A stretch of DNA of 64,000 nucleotides from Dipteris shenzhenensis. Lineage: Eukaryota. The DNA is taken from NCBI GenBank assembly GCA_047967505.1, contig CM106538.1; one strand, written 5' to 3'. The notes beneath the pieces are model-generated. The model ran no database searches. It had not been told where the DNA came from and saw only the letters and a program-made list of their open reading frames with translations. Below, in pieces: positions 24,901 through 38,890 of the stretch. Each line of letters starts with the position of its first letter. Position 1 is the stretch's first letter. Both the position numbers and the translations under genes were made by a program.

Positions 24901-27558
24901 GCAGTTTATATAATGAACAGGACTCCCACTGCAGCAATACATGGCATGACGCCAGAGGAGATGTATACTGGTAGGAAACCAGATATTTCTCATTTGAAGA
25001 TTTTTGGTTGCATTGCCTATGTCCATGTGCCAGATGAGTTGAGGTCCAAGTTGGATCCAAAAGCTGAGAAGTGCATCTTTATTGGTTATTCTCTGCAGCA
25101 GAAAGGGTATAGATGCTATAACCCTTCTGCACGCAAGTTCACAGTGAGTAGAGATGTTGTTTTTTATGAGATGAGCAGCTGGTATAAACCAGTAAATGTG
25201 ATGATTGATGTAGATGCACAAAATGGTAATGCTGCACAGAATGCACAGCAGCAATCACAGAATATCAGTGGACCTGGAGTGTCCTCTACCAGTGGTTCAC
25301 ATACTTCGCCATGGACAGGCAGATTGAGATCAGGAGAATCCCCTCAAAGCAATGCAGAGAGTGGTACGCAGGTATCACGAAAAGGAAAAGAGAAGGTAGA
25401 TCAGCCCATGTTTGATGTGAATGCAGGTCACTCTTATGTGGATGGTGAATCCAGTGGCTCAGAGCAGAGCATTGATGATGAGTTGGGTATTCCTTCTATT
25501 GTTACACCTGGAGTAAGGAAGACCAGGGATGTTTTGAGAGCACCTGGAAGTGAGCCTATTTTGCGCAGGTCTACCAGGGTTAGGTATCCTGTGGATAGGC
25601 TGAAATATGATGGATTTACAGCCATTCACTATGCCTATATGGTCAAAGTGATACAGGAACCAAAACCCACTTCTTTTGAGCAAGCCATGGGAAATGAAAA
25701 ATGGGAGAAAGCCATGGATGAAGAAATGGATGCCTTGGATGCTAATGCTACATGGGAATTGGTGCCTTTGCCTAAAGGCAAGAATGCAATTGGCTGTAAG
25801 TGGGTTTATAAGATCAAGCACAATGCAGATGGTTCTGTGAATAGATACAAGGCAAGATTAGTTGTCAAGGGGTATGCACAAACATATGGCATTGATTATA
25901 AAGAAACTTTCAGCCCGGTTGCAAGGATGGCAACCGTAAGAGCAGTCATTGCTATGGCTGCATCAAAGGGATGGTCTTTACATCAGATGGATGTAAAGAA
26001 TGCCTTCTTGCATGGTGATTTGCAAGAAGAGGTCTTTATGGAGCAGCCAGCAGGTTATGTTCATGCTATTCATCCTGAGTTTGTTTGCAGGTTGAAGAAA
26101 GCCTTGTATGGCTTGAAGCAAGCACCTAGAGCATGGTCTGACAAGATAGGACAGTATCTTGTCACTATTGGCTTTCAGATTTCCAAGGCAGATTTCTCAC
26201 TCTATGTGAGAAAAACAGAGAAAGGGATTATGCTGCTTGTCATTTATGTTGATGATTTGATCATCACAGGTGATAGTGATGAAGATATCCTTCATGTGAA
26301 AATGCTATTGAAGCAGAAGTTTGAGATGAAAGATTTGGGAGAGCTGCGTTATTTCTTGGGCATTGAGGTGATTAGATCACCAAGTGGGATACAGCTCTTG
26401 CAGAGGCAGTATGGATTGGACATGCTGTCCAAATATGGGATGACAGGCTGTAAGCCTATTTCAGTTCCTTTGGAGCAGAATGTGAAGCTGAGGGTAGATG
26501 CAGGTGAGCTTCTAGAAGACCCTACTATGTACAGACGCATAGTAGGAAGTTTGATTTACATGACTATTACCAGGCCAGATTTGAGCTATGCTGTTGGGTT
26601 GGTAAGTCAGTTTATGCAGGCTCCAAAGAAACCGCATTTGGATGTGGCTAGACACATACTTAGGTATGTGAAGTCCACATTGCAGTATGGACTATTTTAT
26701 GAGGCTGGGGTTCAGATACAGTTGCATGGATACACTGATGCTGATTGGGCTGGAAGTGTTTCTGATAGACGATCTACCAGTGGATATATGTTCTCTGTTG
26801 GGAGTGCTGCAGTCACTTGGAGCAGCAAGAAACAGCCTACAGTTGCCTTGTCGAGCACAAAGGCTGAGTACAGGGGTGCAGCAATGGCTGCATGTGAGGT
26901 AGCTTGGTTGCATAAGCTACTCTATGATATGCATCAGTCTACAGATGGGCCAGTTGTCATTTATTGTGACAACATGAGCAGTATACACTTGGCAAAGAAC
27001 CCAGTCTTTCATGCCAGAACAAAGCACATTGAGGTGCATTATCACTATGTGCGGGAGAAGGTTTTACTAGGTCTTATTGATCTAGTTTATGTCAGCACAG
27101 AGGATCAGGTAGCTGACATATTCACGAAAGCATTGGGCGCAGAGAAGCTGTGCAAGTTCAGAGACCTGCTTGGTGTGCAGGAATGGGGATTGAGCTCGAG
27201 GGGGAGTGTTGAGATATCGAGCTCCACTCGCGATATGCCAGGGTGACCGTTGTGTATTTATGTCACCGACTTGTTAGCTGGAGATGCGGTTGGTACACCG
27301 CCCACGAATAATAGCTGGATGACAGCTATCCTTATCTACACTAGTTCGTGGCTCAGTTAGTATGCCACCTTAGTTATTTGAGTTTGGTTTGAGACCCACA
27401 TATAGGGTTCTTCTATTTCTTTGTATTAGAGTTCTTTTGGCTTTCACAACTAAGAAGAGGAAAATTGTTTTCAGCCTCCACCTTTGTGTGTATTCCCCCA
27501 TTGTGATTGTGAGAAAGCTTCAAGTCAGACTCCTTCCCTCTCTCCCACTATCTTCACA
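21987..27558 (+). mobile_element. Ty1/copia family A, full-length copy A2
   Basis: 352-bp LTRs at 21987-22338 and 27207-27558 (TG..CA; I count 4 mismatches), PBS 22339-22350, PPT GAGGGGGAG, 5-bp TSD TCCTT at 21982-21986 and 27559-27563. Confidence 0.98.
22883..27246 (+). CDS. Copia A2 Gag-Pol polyprotein (gag, CCHC, protease, integrase, RT, RNase H) with one frameshift
   Basis: ORFs 22883..24853 and 24775..27246 join at a 1-bp deletion near 24795 (CAGCAAATGGA vs CAGCAAAATGGA in A1). All catalytic motifs present. Confidence 0.93.
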
Positions 27559-27563
27559 TCCTT

Positions 27564-27620
27564 GAGGATTACCAAAAAGCGAGCGAAGAAAAGCGAGCGA
27601 GGCCAAATAAGCGAGCATGG
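27564..27620. mobile_element. Terminus of a Mutator-like element
   Basis: GAGGATTACCAAAAAGCGAGCGA... is identical to the reverse-complemented right end (57181-57203) of the 9-bp-TSD element at 56151-57203; carries subterminal AAGCGAGCG repeats. Confidence 0.85.
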
Positions 27621-28215
27621 ACAAACAACAATGCAAGGTGTTATCTGTTTAATAACAACCACATCATATTCATCAGGACAGCCGATTACCACAATTTATG
27701 CTTCAAGAAAGCTTACCCACTCGCCTGCATCTTGGCTAGCATGTTTCCAGAAGTACATGTTCAAATCATGTTTCCTTTGCTGTGAAAAAGTAATGATAAA
27801 ATAAAACATTGAATGCTTTCAATAATGAGAATAGTAACATATTACATGAACTGCTCTTCATGTTGTTAGAAGACACCTTTTTTCTAAAAGTTATTAACTC
27901 CATAGCACAAAAAGAATATGTCATACAAAAAAAAATTAATATAAAAATTTGATGCTTCAAAATCTCTTCCAACCCTTGGAATGATTGTAGAAAATGTTTT
28001 TTCGTGCATTGCCAAAACATGGAAGCACACCTATGTATATCATCTGCTTCCAAAGGAAATATAAAAAAGGGACATCTAGGCTGCCTACTAAATGCTTGAT
28101 GGGTTTCTTCCACCTTCAAAAAATACAACTTAGTGCAGCTTCATGCAAGGAAGCACACCTACATATATTATCCGATTCTGAAGGAAATGCAAAAAAAGGG
28201 CATCCAAGCCATACA

Positions 28216-31200
28216 CTACATACTTGATGGGTTTCTTCTACCACCCATAGCTTGAAACAATTCAACTTTTGTCAATGCACCCTGATGCATAAACTGATGC
28301 ACCATTTCAGTTAAGCCCAAGACAACAATAAACACGAAGTATATGTGCTTGCAAGGCATGTAGGGACTTTTTCTTGCTTCCCTTTCTGTGAAATCAAGGC
28401 ATGTACAACGTGGAAACTCTGAAATCAAGACACTATATGTTAGCCCCTTGGACATTGATCCTGTTGTATGAACATGGAATACATGCACCTCATGTGGAAT
28501 AATGATGTTCTCTCTCACCACCTCCCCATTTTCTGTAACTGCCTTGTGTATCCTTTCCTTGAAATCTTTATTCAACTTACTTCTCCATGAAACAAGCTTT
28601 CCATCATGATGAGAAGGGCGCACATGGCTAGGTGTATGGATCTGTTGTGCGTAAGGAGGTCCCATCACACCAATAGAATCATCACTATTAAATATGAACC
28701 CTGCCTTACAAGGGCACCCCTCTCATCTACAGTCATTGATGTCCCACTTGCAACCTTCCATACACCTGGAGAGACCCCAGGAACACCTTGAATGGATTTA
28801 TCCACATTCCATGTATGGGTGACAGAAGTATTACAAAACCATACAAACTTCTCTATCACTCCATGAGAATGTTGCCTTCTTCCCTTAAAACAAGGGGCTG
28901 GCACACCATAACTTGCACTTCTACCAAGTGAACTGATTAGTGCCCCACATCGTCTCTGACTCTCTACCAAGTAGCCAAAGCATGTGACAATGCTATGTAC
29001 CAATTGGATTCATGAATATCTATCTCTTTACAAACCATGTCCTATGATGGGACTTTTAAAATCAATATGTCTTCTTTTTCCTATCACTCTCCTTGTTGTC
29101 ACTGTCATGTATTCTGGTCGATGACTATCATTTCCATGGACTGATGTTGAACATTTTGAACCCCTCTTTCTTCTTATGCTCACCGGTTCTGTTATTGGCC
29201 TATTCATCTCAAGAGATTGTATCCCAGCCTCTTCAATCATTGTGTGTGATAAATCCACAAGCCTATTTCTATCCCCTTTATCAGACCCACTACCATCAAG
29301 TATTCTTCGCCGGAGAGCATCCAAATTTGGTGCTGTACCCAAGTGTCTTCCATTCATAAAGGCATTGTAGTGGGCACTCTAAAGGACACTCATTGCAAGA
29401 TCTGATGCACAAGCATCATACAATGTTATGTGTTTTGCATATCCATGTGCTGCTCTCATGCTAGAATGTTTTGTCTCTAAAAGGTTCACTGTAGGAACAA
29501 ATCTAGAGTGCTCTTCTTGCCGCAAGAACATTTCCCCCCACTGGTTGACTCTAACATCCCACCAAGCAAGCCACGTATGCAATGTTGGTAGCTCACCCTC
29601 CTTCACATGAATCGGGGACCAATACAAATTCAATGTTTGTTTGCATTGGTCTGCAGAAGTTGAAGTTGTTGCCTCTCTCCACTTCCGACATAGAACTTTA
29701 TTCTCCTCCTGAAATTGTGGCTTAATGCATCGTCTGGTGTGCTCAACCATGCTCATCTCCCAATGGAAAACACAAGTTCTTTCTCTACCATCCATCACAT
29801 TTTCAGGTCCACCATTGTAAACAGTGCCGATAGCCAGCCAATTTGCTCCTGCTTCATCTGCCATGAATCCATGAAATTCAGGTTTTTTAAAACCATTCTT
29901 CTCCATTGTATTGTTCCCCAGAATCGAACTTGAGCATGGTTATCCTCCACCTTAAATTCACATATTGCTATAGTTAATAGTTCCCTTATGAATGGGTCAT
30001 ACACATGAGCACCCATTGTTGACCATCCCCTCACTCGATGCACATGGTCAAAATGAACCCATTGTGATCCCAAGCTTCCACCAGGCCGCATGCGATTCAC
30101 TAGATCAACTCCTGATCCTGGACCAATGGTCGACATTTTGAAGATATGTGGTTTTTGTTCATCTTGCAATTGTTCAAGAAATAGGATACTTTGTAGGTAT
30201 GGATATTTGCATCTCCTATTTAAATCAAGTATTGAATCCATTCCACCATCCCCTCCTCTAGCCTCACTTCTTGCGCTCTGCACCACTCTCTGAAGCCTCC
30301 TTCTCTGGGTCATTGGTGTAATGGTTTCAAGCACTTCTTTGAACTTTTGATCATCTAGCGGCTCCACAACAACCCCATCCTTTGCTAGCATCATCTCCAT
30401 CACAAGGTCTTGTTCCACAGACACCTCAATATTTTTGCAAGAGGAATTTCCATTCAACCTAGCACGCATTGAAATGAGATCCTCTATTGCATTTCCTTTG
30501 CTCGACTTCTACCTTTTTCAACTGGATGGTCATGGAAACCCACATGCACTGCGCATCTCGTTGCCTTCACTCGTTCATGGGGAAAGCAATAATATATAAT
30601 AGCACTGCATAGGTAAACACACTCTTGTATTGCATCACAATGCTTGCACACAAGTGACCCCAAGGCTGGATCAATGGGACCAAGTAGAGGAGGTCTCCTA
30701 AGCTTTCCTTCCCATTGTGTATCATTTAAAATTCCCATTCGTTCAAGGAAAGGACAATCCAAATTACAACATCTCAAATAACTTGAACATCTACTCATTC
30801 TCACAACACCATTGAAGCAGTTTTGCGAACATGTGGAATATTTTGTCCAAACATGACCATTAGCATTCTGTTCCATTCCAGACATTGGTGAACCCTTAGG
30901 CATAGGTGGAAGTTCGAAGACAATATATCCATCATAAGTTAGAGGAAGCTCAGTAACCTTCTCCACCCGAACTGCAGATTTGAGTGCAACATGAAGAGAA
31001 CTCTTAAAAGGAATCCTCTCTATAAGTGAAACCACACTATTCAGTTCATGATTCATAAATTCACCATGAGTACCTCTCTTATAGGACATGTGAACTCTTA
31101 AGGTTGATTGTTGGCCACCACTAATCTTGAACCCTTTCTGACCATCCTCTAAGTTCACCACTGGAAGTACAATGGCAAGCTCATCTATTCCAATTTCTTG

Positions 31201-31335
31201 ATGCAGTTCAATGTCCTCGTTCTCAATGTGAAAGTGTTCCTTAAGCTCCACCAATGAAACCTCTAGGAAAGGAGTGTCAAAACGAATGGTCAATGATTCG
31301 TGTTCTCCAAAGCGAATGAAAACTAAAAAAGGCAT
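28216..31335 (-). pseudogene. Mutator-type (MULE) transposase with Cys/His-rich N-terminus and C-terminal SWIM finger
   Basis: Six consecutive ORF pieces: Cys-rich region (RCCNLDCP...CKHC...C...H.G.HDHP), first D (WVHFDHVHRV), second D (GFMADEAGANW), CxxH (TCVFHW), E (VNLLETKH), SWIM (CTCLDF...PCKHIYFV). Confidence 0.85.
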
Positions 31336-32219
31336 GATTCAAATGCTAGAGCCAAGATGTAGCACTAGACAACACCAACCAAAGAACAAGTAAAAGCTAG
31401 CTACACAAAGGGTCAAAGCAGGGAGGCAAAAGAAGAAATGGCATAGATGTGTTGGAGACCGAAGAGAATGGAGCAAAGAGAAGTGTTGAAAGAGCCACTG
31501 CATTGGATTATGGGAGAGAAGCAAGTTCATCTCTATAAGTGTCAAATGCAAATGGATGTCACTATTAGCATCCAAGGTGGTCGTTTAACTACAGGTCTTT
31601 ATTGAACAATATGTGTTTATTTGTTTAGAATAATGGTAATCTTTGAACAAGATGCCTTCATGCATATAGTAACTTGAATGACGCCTCCATGCATTTCATT
31701 CAGTAAGGGTGTACATTTAATATAAATGAATAAAAAGAGAAGTAACTTTCAAATTTATATATTGGTATTGAAAGACTAAAATATCAAGAAAAAAATTAAA
31801 GATTTATAATTACTATATTTTACTAGCAATAGTAGAATGAGTAGTATCTTCAAATCCATATCTAAAATGAAAACTATCGAAATGTGTTAGTTTACTTCAC
31901 ATTTGCATGAACGAGCAATATTACTATTTCCATCATGAGTCATTACATGGTGTTCTCCTCACTATTACAAGGTGTTAGTTATGCGGTCTTCTCCTACCGT
32001 CTAATAATGACCAGGCCTACAAAATCCCTCAAAAATCGTTTCTCTAAAGGCTACGCCTGCAAAATCTGTCTAATATTGACCATCGCCTGCAAAATCATTA
32101 CTACAAAATCGCTTACAAAATCTAGAGATATTATGAGGAAGGGCGTGGTGGGCTGGGTCAGATTCTATCTCTCTTTCTCTCCAGCCTTGAAGCGATTTTA
32201 TCTCTCTTTCTCTCGAGCC

Positions 32220-33804
32220 TTGAAGCTTCCCCCAAGAGTGAGAGGACTTTGTGATGATGTATCTTCACTCAAAAGTACATTTCAAGTGGAGGGCTATCTC
32301 CGAGAGAAAGGGTCTTTCATTGTATCTGTCTGCAAGAGTGATGGAGAGGAGATAGTTGTGACAGATGATATGAGGAAGAGTTGGTCTCCCACCTAGAGAG
32401 AGGTGGATGGGGAGTTTGAGAAAGATGTGATGTCTAACACTGACTTTCATTTTATGTCGCAAAAGATCATAGGACCACTGCATGGATGAGTGTTATCAAG
32501 GAAATCTTTCCTACAAACAAGAAAAGACATGTACGAGTGGTATGCACAATAATTGACCCAAGGAAAATTAGTGAGATTGCTCTCTTGGTAGGGCTACAAC
32601 GAATGAATTTGTAAGTACATGGACTCTTTGAATCTTCTCCACATTTGTGTTTTATGCTACTTTGCATTTATTGATTGGGTTGTGTACTTTGCTGTTTGTT
32701 TTCTAGCATGAATGAACATGCCATTATCAAACCCAGTCTAAGGGACATACTCATAAATGCACACAACATTTGTGAGTGTGACTCTATGGTGTTTATGAAA
32801 ACATTGTCTTCGAGTGAGATCAAATCAATAGAGAATTGGAGGGCTCAAGAGAGTAAAGGGAAGAAGCCATGGTTTCCATTGACAAGAGGTTATCTGGCAA
32901 GGCTTGTCTTCCAGGTAGAATGTTGCATTTGTATTGATGCTTAGATCTTTATCACTCCTTTGCTTTCTCTAATTGGAACTTATGTATGTAGGTTGAGTAC
33001 AATACAAAGCTTAAAAAAGCAATGGACAAAATATCTACAAAGCTACCTTTAGATCAAAGGGGAGAGGCAGAAGGAAAGCAGTGTACCATAATTCAAAAGA
33101 GAATTGTTGATAGGATGGGAAAGGTGTGAATTGAATTTTCTATACTTTGTTGCATTTATTTTGAAGTTAAGTGACTGACATGTCACCTTTGGATAGGTGT
33201 TGAATTGTATAGATCCTGGTCTTGGAGAGGCTTGGTTGGAAAAGTTGTTTGCCTTGCGCTTTGATGGTATGGACTCTTGCGTGACATTGGAGAAGCTCCA
33301 ACTCATTGCAAAGTCTGATTTGAGATTAGAAAAAAAAAATACTTTCCTTTCTTTGTTAGAAGCCACTAAACCTATGCGAGACATGTACTTCATGCCTGTG
33401 GGCGACCTTGAGTACAGAGGGTGTGTTTCTTCTACCAATACAAATCATCTTTCATGGTGTTTGTTTCAAGTTTCTTGCTAATGGCATGACTCTTATTTTT
33501 TTATTATAAAATTGCATCAACTTTTACTGTTTAGGTGGATTAGTAGAGAGATATTTTTGGAGAAGGTGGAGAGACAGTCATTGAAAGTGCTTGAAGATTT
33601 GAGGGTGATCACAATAATGGGCATGCCTTTGGATACCCCTAAGGATTACACATTGCAGCAATACATGGAGGATATAAAACAGGAGGGGAGAAAATATATG
33701 TTTGTGGTGCTAAGATCAAAGGAAACAAAGATGGAGAGCAAGGGTGGAAAAAAAGGAGATGGACTATCTGAGTTGGACATGGCTACTCATAGGGTGGTTT
33801 ATAG
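32220..33804 (+). pseudogene. Multi-exon gene of unknown function, N-terminus ParB/Srx-like; truncated at both ends
   Basis: Phase-compatible GT-AG introns at 32611-32706, 32915-32991, 33124-33196 and 33421-33534, plus a donor at 33805. Exon 1 reads VRGLCDDVSSLKSTFQVEGYLREKGSFIVSV...SWSPT*REVDGEFE...FMSQK/HRTTAW, with a frameshift where a DGxHR motif would fall. Gene structure is well supported; the ParB call is tentative. Confidence 0.6.
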
Positions 33805-36800
33805 GTATGTTCCCTAATACTTCCCATTTTCTTTTCTCTTGAAATCACCCCCCCCCCTCCTCCCTTCTTCCCACTCCCTGTGTCGATCTCCTGGTCTCAT
33901 GATCTCCGACATAGTCACTATCACAGTATCCATGCAACCGTGGATGACTTCCTCTGTATTCTATCCCAAACTGTCTTGTACCTCTTATGTATCTCAAGAC
34001 TCTTTTGGCTGCATTCCAGTGAGATTGTTTTGGATTTGCCATAAACTGTGCTAGTGAGCTTACTGCATAACAAATATCTGGCCGTGTGATTGTCAGATAT
34101 ATAAGAGATTCAATGAGTTGCCTGTAGTATCTGTCATTGACTGTAGGCTTTTTTGAAGCTTTAGTAAGTTTCAAACTCTGTTCCATGGGAGTGGCTGCAA
34201 TCTTGCAATCTGCCATATGAAACTTCTTCAGGAGACTGTCAACATATTTGAGCTGACTCATGAATGTGCTATCTGAATCTCTCCAAAACTCAATTCCAAG
34301 ACAATAGTGCATAAGTCCAAGATCTTTCATGTCGAACTCTGCAGATAAGTCTTGTTTTAATTTTTTGATGAAGCTATCCTTGCTTCCTGTCACAATCAGA
34401 TCATCTACGTACAAAAGTGCAATAGTAATATCTTCCCCTTGAACTTTGTAGAAGAGAGTATGATCTGCATTGGACTTCATGTATCCCAGATCAGCAAAAT
34501 ATTGGTCAATTCTGCTGTACCAACTTCTGGGTGCTTGCTTTAAGCCATAGAGACTTTTCTTGAGATGGCAAACCTTGTTCTCCTTTCCTGGTTCAACATA
34601 ACTGGCTGGTTGTTGCATGTAGACTTCCTCATCTAGATAACCATTGAGAAATGCATTCTTGACATCGAGCTGATACACATTCCATTTACTAAGTGTCGCT
34701 AGTGATATCAAGAACCGTATGGAATCCATCTTTGCTACTGGAGCATAAGTCTCATCATAATCTTGGCCATATTGTTGTGCAAATCCTTTTGCAACTAATC
34801 TGGCTTTGTATCTCTGAATACTGCCATCTGGATTGTACTTCACTTTGTATACCCATTTGTTGGCTATGGCCTTCTTTCCTGGTGGAAGGTCACATAATTC
34901 CCAAGTGTTATTTTTATACAAAGCATCCATTTCTTCATTCATTGCAGTTTGCCATTCTGGCTTATCTACTGCGTCTTCGAAGTACACTGGCTCTTCTGTA
35001 GCCATGATGGTAGTCATAAGAGCATAGTTGGTGGTTTCCACCTGAATTGCTTTGCCTTTCTGAGCATATGTCAATCTGGCTGGTGGTCTGCTTTCCCTAG
35101 TAGACCGTCTGAGCTGCTGTGGCGCTGCTGGGGGTGTTGCTGGCAATTCTTGCTCTTCTTCATCAACCTGTTCTGTAGATGACTGTGAAGTCGATGCTTC
35201 TATCTCCTGTGTAGGTGAGGTTTTCCATTCTAATTCCTCATCAAAGATTACATCTCTGGAGATAATGACTTTGCGGTTGATGGGATCATACAATTTGTAT
35301 GCTTTGCTTTCTTCACTGTAGCCAACCATGATGCATTTGCGTGACTTCGCATCCAATTTCCTGCGATGATCATCATGTATGTGGGCATATGCTATGCAAC
35401 CAAATATGCGGAGATGCCCAATGCGTGGCTTGTGTCCAGTGAATGCTTCATAAGGAGTCATACCTTGTATCGGTTCGGTAGGAAGCCGATTAAGCAAGTA
35501 GTTAGTTGTAGCTATTGCTTCTGCCCAATACTGATTTGGAAGATGCTTTTCACTAAGCATTGCTCTAGCACTGTCTGCTAAAGTCCCATTCTTTCTTTCA
35601 GCTCTTGCATTTTGCTGAGGAGTATCTGCACATGTGAATTGTCTTCGAATGCCGTGATTTTTGCAAAAGTTCATGAATGCTGAAGACATGTATTCACCTC
35701 CTCTGTCTGATCTCATGACCTTGATCTTTCTGCCTGTTTGGTTTTCTACCATGGCTTTGAATTCTTGAAATCTGGCAAACACTTCAGATTTCTCTTTCAG
35801 AAAGTAGACCCAACAATATCTGCTGTAGTCGTCGATGAAGGTCAAGTAATAAAGTAATAAAGTGAACCATTGATGCTGCGGGTCTGGGCATAACCCCATA
35901 AATCTGTATGAATCAAATCAAGAATACCTCGTGCACGAGAGGTACTTTTGACAAAGTTGGTTCGCTTTTGTTTGCCGAAGCAGCATGCTTCACAAACCTT
36001 TCCAAGAAACTGTAGCTTCAGAATCCCAATTGCCATATTTTGATTCCTGAGATCTAACAAGTACTTGAAGTTGACATGACCATATCTCTTGTGCCATTTT
36101 GCAGATAGTGGCATCTGTTGCATTTGAGCTGACATGGCATGCTTATCTGGTAGTGTAGCTAGCATCCTGTATAAGCGTCCTTCCTTGACACCTTTTGCTA
36201 CTAGCTGACCTCTTTTGGATTTGTCTCTGATAGTGCATTCATCACCGTCGAAGATGACTTTGTAATTGTCTTCCGTCATTTGACCTACTGACAAAAGGTT
36301 CTTGCTGAGCTTCGGAACATAGAGCACATCTTTGACTAATCCTTTTGTACCAGTGAAATTATTCATAGGGATAAAACCTATCCCTTGAACCGGATTCGGT
36401 GTATTGTCTGCTGTGTAGATGACATTCTTTTGACCTTCTAATGGCTTCATTTCTGTGAACCATTCCTGATGATTTGTCATATGAGATGATGCACCGCTGT
36501 CGATGTACCAAGGATCCTATTCCACTTGGTCGACTTGATAGCTGAAATCCTCTTTGGGATTGAAATCAGTGTCTAGGTGCATTGTATCAGTCTGATGCAA
36601 TTCCTCACTTGCAAGAAACATATTTCCATGTTCATTTGCAAAATGACTGTGACTAGAATGTCCACCACGATGATTTCCTCTTGCTCGGGAATTCCCTCGA
36701 TTACTGCTGGATTGACCGCCTTGGTCATACTGCTTCTTGCGGCAATCTCTTTCATAGTGTCCAAACTTGTGACAATAGTTGCATTGAACGTTTGACACAT

Positions 36801-38499
36801 TGGTGGATGCATTCCCTCGTCCTTGAAATCTTCCTCGGTTGGAATGATTTCCTCTTTGCTGATTCTGATGTTGTTGAGGATGATGCTGATGCTGATGCTG
36901 ATTTTGACTTTGTTGATGATGACCACTTATCTGATATGATCTACCTCTGTTTCTGCCTTTGCCTCTGCTTCTGTCTGAAGCTGTGAATGCCTGATCATTA
37001 GAATGACCTTTACGTGCTTGAATGGCCTGAGTCCTGAGTTCTTCACCAAGTAGAACTCTGACTGAAGTTCTTCCAGTGTTGGAATTTGCCGTTGGATGGC
37101 AATACTCTGGACTAGATTCTCATATCCTTCTCCTAGTCCATTCAGGATTACTTGAACCATTTCTGCGGGATTCATAGTCTCTCCTGCTGCTGCAAGTTGA
37201 TTGTTGTAGTCTTTGATGCGGAGTACATAAGCATGACCGGTTTCATTGCTATTGCAGAAAATCTGGTTGATCTGGTTTCTCAGGGTGAGAATCCTGGATG
37301 TGTTCTTGGACTCGTAGAGAGCTACGAACATATCCCATGCTTCTTTTAATGTCTTGACTGTGTTGAGCTGTCCTAGCATGACATCTTGCACATTCTGCTT
37401 GATCAGGTGATAGGCATACTTGTCTTTCTTATCCCATTCTGCTTGAGCTCGGGCAATGGCAGGATCTGCTACTGGTGTGGAAACTGTTTGTGTAGATGTA
37501 GATCCCGATGTAGATCCCGTTGCTGGTGCTGTGACAACAAATGGAGTAGAGCTACTGGTGGCTGGATCGGCCAATGGTCTAGGTATGGATCCATCGACAT
37601 ACTCCCATTTGTCCTGAAGCACAAGAATGGTCTCCATTCGGTATTTCCATGTACCGTAATTGGAGTTGTCTAACTTAGCAGATGCCTCCAGATTGAGGTT
37701 GCTAGTCGACATGGTGCAAACAATGTACTCAAAAGTGTCCTGAAAAACTCTGTATGAATCAAATGCAAATACACTGAAGATGCCAAGTGAAATCTCTGTA
37801 CCGTCGGTGAAGATAGAACTGCAGTATAAAGATTTGATCTGTATTACAAGGCTTGTGGCAATGATGCCGGGAATAGCCAAGAGGCTTTACAAGGCTGAAA
37901 AATGATGTGCACGATGCCGTGAGATAGCCAAATAGGCTTTACAATGGTGGCATGTGTGTGTGAAATCAAGTGCTATCTGCCCACTGAATCAATCTGCAAT
38001 GCCTCTGAACTCTGAAGTTTGCTCACTGAACTGATGAACGTAAGGTTTCAGGTAATGTAATGATGTGAAATCAGATGTGAGCATATGGACTGGTACTAGT
38101 CGGGAATTTCGGGCATGGCTTAGATTGGCAACTTGGGGAATTCAAAGCGTCCCCTCTATGGCGATCTAGTCTACTCTGATCTAGATCTAAACCAACCGTC
38201 GATCGATGAAAGAGCAGCAAATAATTCCTTTTCTTTTGTTCTTTTTAAGTGCTGGGTCAGATGCGTCGATGTAGAGGCAAATGTGCGTGAAGGAAGTGGT
38301 TTTGTCGGCGAGGCTCAAATGTGAGTATAACTTGCGCCGAAATGTGCATGTGATGTAACGAGCGCGTAGAGCACAAAAAATCAAGCGACTTTCCTTTTTG
38401 GAGCACCCTCAAATTCTTCCTGGATCAAGAGATACGACTTGATCTAGGTGGAGGGGCAAAAGGAGTGCAAATGGTGCTCAATGATGATGTGTCACTGTG

Positions 38500-38890
38500 A
38501 GTCACATGCTGGGATGATGTGGCACTGTGCTTAACAAGAGGTGTGCTAGTGAAGCTCTGTGCTGAGGTGGCAGGAGTGTGCACATGCAGTGTGTGCACAG
38601 TGTGCTTGGCAAGGGACTGTGCCTGTAGAGGGTCAGTGCTGACTGGACTCTGCTAAGGTGGCAGTGCTGAGATGGCACAGATGATGTTAGCAGGGTGACG
38701 TGGCAATGCTGACATGGCATTGATGACGTGGCACAGGTGACATGGCACTGATGATGTGGCACAGGTGACATGGCACAGATGACATGGCACTGATGATGTG
38801 GCACAGGTGATGTGGCAGAGGATAAGACAGGTACACGTGGCACATCCGGGTGCCTGATGATGTGGCAATTGGAGATAAGGTTGCCACGTG
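38500..38890. repeat. Degenerate tandem array (GATGTGGCACAGGTGACATGGCACT-like) in the copia D leader
   Basis: More than 10 copies of the TGGCAC core are visible. Confidence 0.85.
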
